Source: a virus | Lineage: Duplodnaviria > Caudoviricetes | DNA: 54,610 nucleotides | Virus record (IMG/VR): IMGVR_UViG_3300018910_000023 | Span: 1 to 54,610 of that record | Strand: one strand, 5' to 3' | Shown here: positions 50,224-54,610 of the stretch, piece after piece | How positions within the stretch are numbered: the first letter of the stretch is position 1 | How the letters are laid out: each line of letters opens with the position of its first letter | The notes under the pieces: generated by a model | The model's database searches: none | What the model was told of the DNA's origin: nothing | The model's input: the letters and a program-made list of their open reading frames with translations, nothing else | Translations under genes and position numbers: made by a program

Positions 50224-50580
50224 TTCACAATTCGAGAACTTTTTATTCAAAAAAAAGTTTGTTTATCTCTACATCTAACGCTTTAGCAACAGTGGGCAAC
50301 TTCTCGGCATTAAGACTTTTCTTACCGGATTCAATCTCACTAATAATGGAAGAGTGTTTATACCCCAACTCAATAGCAAGATAAAACTGAGTTAGCCCTT
50401 TTTCTTTTCTTAGCTCTCTTATTCGTGAACCCAAGATCTCCTTCAAATTATCACCCCCAAAGTTCTCGTTTCGTGAATTCAATTTCATTATAAGTTCACA
50501 AAACGAGAATGTAAAGATTTTTATTCTCGTTTTGTGACATTTTTTTCTCGAATTGTGATTATTTTTTCTCAAATAGAGAA
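50224..50580. promoter_or_regulatory. Six 15-bp repressor operators TTCWCR-N3-BGWGAH
   Basis: Copies at 50224, 50463, 50495, 50524, 50545 and 50566 (last more divergent). Confidence 0.8.
50243..50446 (-). CDS. Cro-like XRE repressor
   Basis: IRELRKEKGLTQ..LA..ISEIESG; divergent from CI; TTG start with RBS ggggtg. Confidence 0.88.
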   Translation of the reverse strand: MKEILGSRIRELRKEKGLTQFYLAIELGYKHSSIISEIESGKKSLNAEKLPTVAKALDVEINKLFFE

Positions 50581-50651
50581 ATAAATAATGTTAAAATTAC
50601 GGTAAAGCGTAATATCGATAAAGCGATAATATTGGGAAGTGAGAATAATTC

Positions 50652-50999
50652 ATGAATTATGCAGATAGATTGAAATTTTTACGTGAAAAAGCGGGGTTAA
50701 CACAAAAATTTGTTGCCCAAAAAATCGGTGTGAAAAATAACACGTTGTCTAGTTATGAATCAGGAAAACGGCAACCTGATTATGAAACCACTAAAAAATT
50801 GGCAGATCTTTATGATGTTTCAATTGATTTTCTCTTAACAGGAAAAGATCATGAGGGAACTAACGATGATATGTGGAAGGAACTTTTAAATCCTAAAACT
50901 CAGTTGCTCTTTAAGGATCTAAAAGACGCACCAGAAGAAAAAATTGATGAGTTAATTCAGTTCTGGGAGTTCATAAAAAACCGCGATAAAAATAACTAA
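50652..50999 (+). CDS. CI/ImmR-like XRE prophage repressor
   Basis: RLKFLRE..GLTQ..LSSYESGKRQPD..LAD.Y.VS.DFL. Confidence 0.92.
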   Translation: MNYADRLKFLREKAGLTQKFVAQKIGVKNNTLSSYESGKRQPDYETTKKLADLYDVSIDFLLTGKDHEGTNDDMWKELLNPKTQLLFKDLKDAPEEKIDELIQFWEFIKNRDKNN

Positions 51000-51154
51000 T
51001 AATGATATATTACTTTGTTTTATCCATAGAGCTTTAGAGTGTGAACTTTTTTAAATTTCCGCTCTGAATATAGACAATATCCTTTCATTGGTTTATTATG
51101 TATATCGTTTACACCTTTTACTAAGCCTTTGGGCTTTTCTTTTTATCTTCAATA

Positions 51155-51168
51155 CGAACATATATTCC
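51155..51168. promoter_or_regulatory. Putative LexA (Cheo) box
   Basis: CGAACATATATTCC vs consensus CGAACRNRYGTTYC. Confidence 0.6.
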
Positions 51169-51193
51169 TTTAGTTTTAAGGAGGCAACTACAG

Positions 51194-51679
51194 ATGAAAA
51201 CTATAGTCCCCCATAATACACATCTCGAGGATTGGATTGAGACATTTTACAAGGAAATGAAAATTTCAAATCCCCATGAATTGGATCTCTTAGATATCTC
51301 GCATCGATTAGGATTGAAAGTGGAATTTCTAAACATAGGTAGTCGTTATTATGATGGGATGATCATTCTTGATAACCGACTTTCACCTCAAGAACAGTGG
51401 CAAGATTTTGGACATGAGCTTTGTCACGCTTTAAGGCATGAGGGAAACCAATTGACTATGTCTCCACTCTTCGCTCAACTGCAAGAGATGCAAGCTAAAA
51501 CATTTGCTTATAAATTTTGTATTCCTTCATTTATGCTGATGAAATTAGACTTTTCAAAGCCATACATAGAAACAGCAAAATTAATTGCATCTCATTTTAA
51601 TGTTACATATGAATTTGCTGCAAAAAGAGTAGTTCAATTTAAACCACTACATGTATTAATAAAACAGAAAAAGGGTTGA
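51194..51679 (+). CDS. ImmA/IrrE-family metalloprotease antirepressor
   Basis: HELCH..H; QE.QA..FA..F.IP. Confidence 0.92.
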   Translation: MKTIVPHNTHLEDWIETFYKEMKISNPHELDLLDISHRLGLKVEFLNIGSRYYDGMIILDNRLSPQEQWQDFGHELCHALRHEGNQLTMSPLFAQLQEMQAKTFAYKFCIPSFMLMKLDFSKPYIETAKLIASHFNVTYEFAAKRVVQFKPLHVLIKQKKG

Positions 51680-51688
51680 TAATTAATT

Positions 51689-52885
51689 ATGTTTGAATTG
51701 CTAAAAAAACTTATGGAAACGAATTTTTGGACACTTATCGTCTCAATTGCTAAAGTCATTTCGACTTTAACCTTCTTGTTAACTTCATTTGGTATGTTTT
51801 TCTGGGGGATAGGCTATACCTTTTTGTACGGATATTACTTTGGGGGAGGAGTTACAGACTTTTCTTCAATCTTGGAAATGGTAATTAAAATTGTGCCATT
51901 TAACTTTTACTCTGTCATGATAATCAGTTTATTTGTATTATGTACCGTTTTCTTTTTATTTAACATTGGCTTATTTATTAAGGCAGGCAAGATACTCAAT
52001 ATTGCTTTATCTTTTATATTTTTTGTAGTATTGCATGTGGTTTTAACTTCGATTTTTATTGGTGATGTTACTTTTCAAAACCTATTATATTTTTCAATTT
52101 TATGGGTTATTCCTATATATATTGTTATCGTAACCTTTTATTTTTATAGAACAATTAAATCTTCTAAATTCTTCTATATGTTTTCAGGGACATTAACTGC
52201 ATTTATTTTATGTGCCATTTTTTTGTATAACCTTGCCCTAGACGAAACGATACTTTATATGATAACCGTATGTATGTGTTTTTTATTAAGTACCATCTAT
52301 TCATATCTCTCTCCAAAAAAATTAATTATTAAATTCCTTATATCATTACCATATTTTTTTATAGGTAGTGTTGTAGTTAAGGTATTTTTAGAGAAATTTA
52401 TAAATGTACACTCCAAAGGTCTTTTTATTTTTCTATATGCACTTTCATTTATTTTAAGCTTTATATACAGTTATTTATTGTTCCCTGAAGATCGCTCATC
52501 TGCAAATACTAAGTTAAACGACAACAATAATAATAACAACGATGATAATGAAAATTTAAGAGTTGAAGTAATGGTCCGAATCACCAAATTTTTAGCACCA
52601 TTGGAACAGCCACTTCGCAATATGATCATTATTTTAGCGATAATAATTTTTTTAGTTTTTACTCCACTGGTATCATCGCTATCTGGAAAAACAATAAGAG
52701 TTGTAACTCCAAACGATGCATTTAAATATGAAAAAATTAATACTCCTAGTCTTCCCGAAAAAAAAGTCGAGGGCATCTTGGTTTCTGAACAAAACAATAT
52801 TCTATATATTTCATCAAAGAATGATTTTAAATTAATTAGAATCAAAGATGAGAGTTTTAAAACTGAAGAGATAAAATCTAAATAA
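51689..52885 (+). CDS. Polytopic membrane protein
   Basis: About 9-10 hydrophobic segments; very AT-rich; between immA and the integrase. Confidence 0.8.
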   Translation: MFELLKKLMETNFWTLIVSIAKVISTLTFLLTSFGMFFWGIGYTFLYGYYFGGGVTDFSSILEMVIKIVPFNFYSVMIISLFVLCTVFFLFNIGLFIKAGKILNIALSFIFFVVLHVVLTSIFIGDVTFQNLLYFSILWVIPIYIVIVTFYFYRTIKSSKFFYMFSGTLTAFILCAIFLYNLALDETILYMITVCMCFLLSTIYSYLSPKKLIIKFLISLPYFFIGSVVVKVFLEKFINVHSKGLFIFLYALSFILSFIYSYLLFPEDRSSANTKLNDNNNNNNDDNENLRVEVMVRITKFLAPLEQPLRNMIIILAIIIFLVFTPLVSSLSGKTIRVVTPNDAFKYEKINTPSLPEKKVEGILVSEQNNILYISSKNDFKLIRIKDESFKTEEIKSK

Positions 52886-52928
52886 TTTTAACTTAAGAAT
52901 GGATTTAACATTTTGAAAGGACTGATTC

Positions 52929-54464
52929 TTGTTGAGAGCAGCAATATACATACGTGTCTCAACTAAACTTCAAGAAGAAAAGTATTCTTTACGAGCACAG
53001 ACCACTGAATTACGTAGATATGTAGAACAACAAAGATGGCGATTGGTGGATGAATTTCAAGATATCGAATCTGGCGGTAAGCTTCACAAAAAGGGCTTAA
53101 ATGCCCTTCTCGACATTGTTGAAGAAGGTAAAATTGATATCGTTGTCTGCATTGATCAAGATCGACTTTCTCGTTTGGATACAATATCATGGGAATATTT
53201 AAAGTCTACTCTTCGTGAAAACAAAGTGAAAATCGCTGAACCTGGAACTATAGTAGATCTAGATGATGAAGATCAAGAATTTGTTAGTGACATTAAAAAT
53301 TTAATTGCCAAGAGAGAAAAGAAAGCTCTTGTAAAAAGAATGATGCGTGGAAAACGCCAAAGAATGCGTGAAGGCAAAGGCTGGGGCCAGGCTCCATATG
53401 AATATTATTATGATAAGAAGGAAGAACAATATAAATTAAAAAAAGAATGGGCTTGGGTAATTCCATTCATTGATCGATTATACCTGGAAGAACAACTAGG
53501 AATGCGAAGCATCACAGATGAACTTAATAAAATCTCAAAAACGCCTTCCGGTATTATGTGGAATGAGCATTTAGTACATACTAGGCTGACCACAAAAGCA
53601 TATCATGGAGTTCAAGAAAAAACATTTGCGAATGGTGAAGTGATTGCTGCAGAGAATATCTTTCCCAAGTTAAGAACCAAAGAAACTTGGGAGAAAATTC
53701 AGATTGAGCGAAATAAAAGAGGAAATCAATATAAAGTTACCAGCAGGAAGAGAAATGATCTTCACCTATTAAGAAGAACATATTTTGTATGCGGTGAATG
53801 TGGAAGAAAAATTAGTCTTGCTGCTCACGGAACCAAAGATTCTCCTCGTTATTATCTAAAGCATGGCCGAAAATTGAGATTAGCTGATGGTTCAGTTTGT
53901 GATGTGAGTATAAATACAGTTAGAGTTGAGGGTAACATCATACAATCAATTAAAGATATTGTCACAAGCAAAGAATTAGCAAAACAATACGTAAATCTTG
54001 AAAATGAAAAGGAAGAAATTACTCAACTTGAACAAAACATAAAAAACAATGAACAAATCATCCAGAAGCACACCACCAAAAATGAAAAGCTGATTGATTT
54101 ATACTTGGACAATCATCTAACAAAGGATCAATTAAATAAGAAACAGCTTGAAATCAAGAACATAACAGAAAATCTTCAAACACAACTTAAGAGAGATAAA
54201 GCAAAGCTTGAAACATTGAAAAGTGATTCGTGGAGTTACGATTTTCTTAGCGAACTTTTCGAATCAATTAATTTTTTTGATAGTGATTTTTCTCCTCTCG
54301 AAAGAGCTATGCTAATGGGAAAAATCTTTCCTGAAGGTATTGTTTATAGAGACCATATCATATTAAAAGCAAACGTGGGAGGCTTAAACTTTGATGTGAA
54401 AGTGTTAGTTAATGAAGACCCCTTCCCCTGGCATTATTCCAAAAGTAACTCAAAACAAAAATAA
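52929..54464 (+). CDS. Large serine recombinase (integrase)
   Basis: YIRVST catalytic Ser, DRLSR, recombinase domain, CGECG Zn ribbon, coiled coil. Confidence 0.96.
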   Translation: MLRAAIYIRVSTKLQEEKYSLRAQTTELRRYVEQQRWRLVDEFQDIESGGKLHKKGLNALLDIVEEGKIDIVVCIDQDRLSRLDTISWEYLKSTLRENKVKIAEPGTIVDLDDEDQEFVSDIKNLIAKREKKALVKRMMRGKRQRMREGKGWGQAPYEYYYDKKEEQYKLKKEWAWVIPFIDRLYLEEQLGMRSITDELNKISKTPSGIMWNEHLVHTRLTTKAYHGVQEKTFANGEVIAAENIFPKLRTKETWEKIQIERNKRGNQYKVTSRKRNDLHLLRRTYFVCGECGRKISLAAHGTKDSPRYYLKHGRKLRLADGSVCDVSINTVRVEGNIIQSIKDIVTSKELAKQYVNLENEKEEITQLEQNIKNNEQIIQKHTTKNEKLIDLYLDNHLTKDQLNKKQLEIKNITENLQTQLKRDKAKLETLKSDSWSYDFLSELFESINFFDSDFSPLERAMLMGKIFPEGIVYRDHIILKANVGGLNFDVKVLVNEDPFPWHYSKSNSKQK

Positions 54465-54488
54465 GGGGTTATTACCCCTATTTATTTC
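54462..54488. other. Right attachment site (phage arm 54462-54486, core ATTTC 54484-54488)
   Basis: Inverted copy of the left arm; abuts the comGC 5' part. Confidence 0.9.
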
Positions 54489-54515
54489 TATCAGTGTAAA
54501 TCCCTTTTCATTCAC
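54487..54515 (-). pseudogene. comGC: ComGC 5' fragment (prepilin leader)
   Basis: RBS aaggagg; GTG start; MNEKGFTLIE type IV prepilin motif. Confidence 0.93.
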
Positions 54516-54528
54516 AGTTCCGTCCTCC

Positions 54529-54610
54529 TTATAGCTGGTTCATCATTTGATACATTGGCAAAAGCATAGACAAATAAAGAATGAATATCATCGCCGCGGT
54601 TAGCCCGTAA
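54529..54610 (-). CDS. comGB: ComGB C-terminus (partial)
   Basis: YGLTAAMIFILYLSMLLPMYQMMNQL* directly upstream of comGC. Confidence 0.85.
   Translation of the reverse strand, partial: YGLTAAMIFILYLSMLLPMYQMMNQL

Larger units (their letters stand above)
128..54488. mobile_element. Complete skin/PBSX-like prophage integrated in comGC
   Basis: Bounded by split comGC halves and att arms; contains integrase, immunity, replication, packaging, head, tail and lysis modules. Confidence 0.95.

Noticed and set aside
603-53593. Numerous short antisense or nested ORFs in the six-frame track
   Set aside because: Shadows of well-supported genes, without RBS or recognisable motifs

Overview
The window holds one apparently complete ~54.4-kb temperate prophage of the Bacillus skin/PBSX type (contractile tail). 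The host is probably in the B. licheniformis group, judging by the CwlL-like endolysin and the ComG sequences. A large serine recombinase has integrated it into the competence pilin gene comGC: the 5' part is at 54487-54515 (-) and the 3' part at 1-127 (-), with a shared ATTTC core and inverted attP arms. Right to left, the modules are integrase, membrane protein, ImmA antirepressor, CI/Cro switch, early recombination/replication genes, ArpU late activator, Rap-Phr, LXG toxin-immunity, packaging, head, tail, lysis and a left-end cargo region. Cargo includes two nuclease toxin-immunity pairs, two type I toxin peptides and several AT-rich defence-like genes. The most novel signal is RNA-level regulation. 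An identical 26-nt hairpin overlaps the terminators in front of both the late activator and the late operon. There is also a ~270-nt pseudoknotted RNA at the head of the late operon, an anti-SD hairpin RNA, and two short antisense units in the early operon. Family calls come from motif recognition and synteny only; no searches were run.
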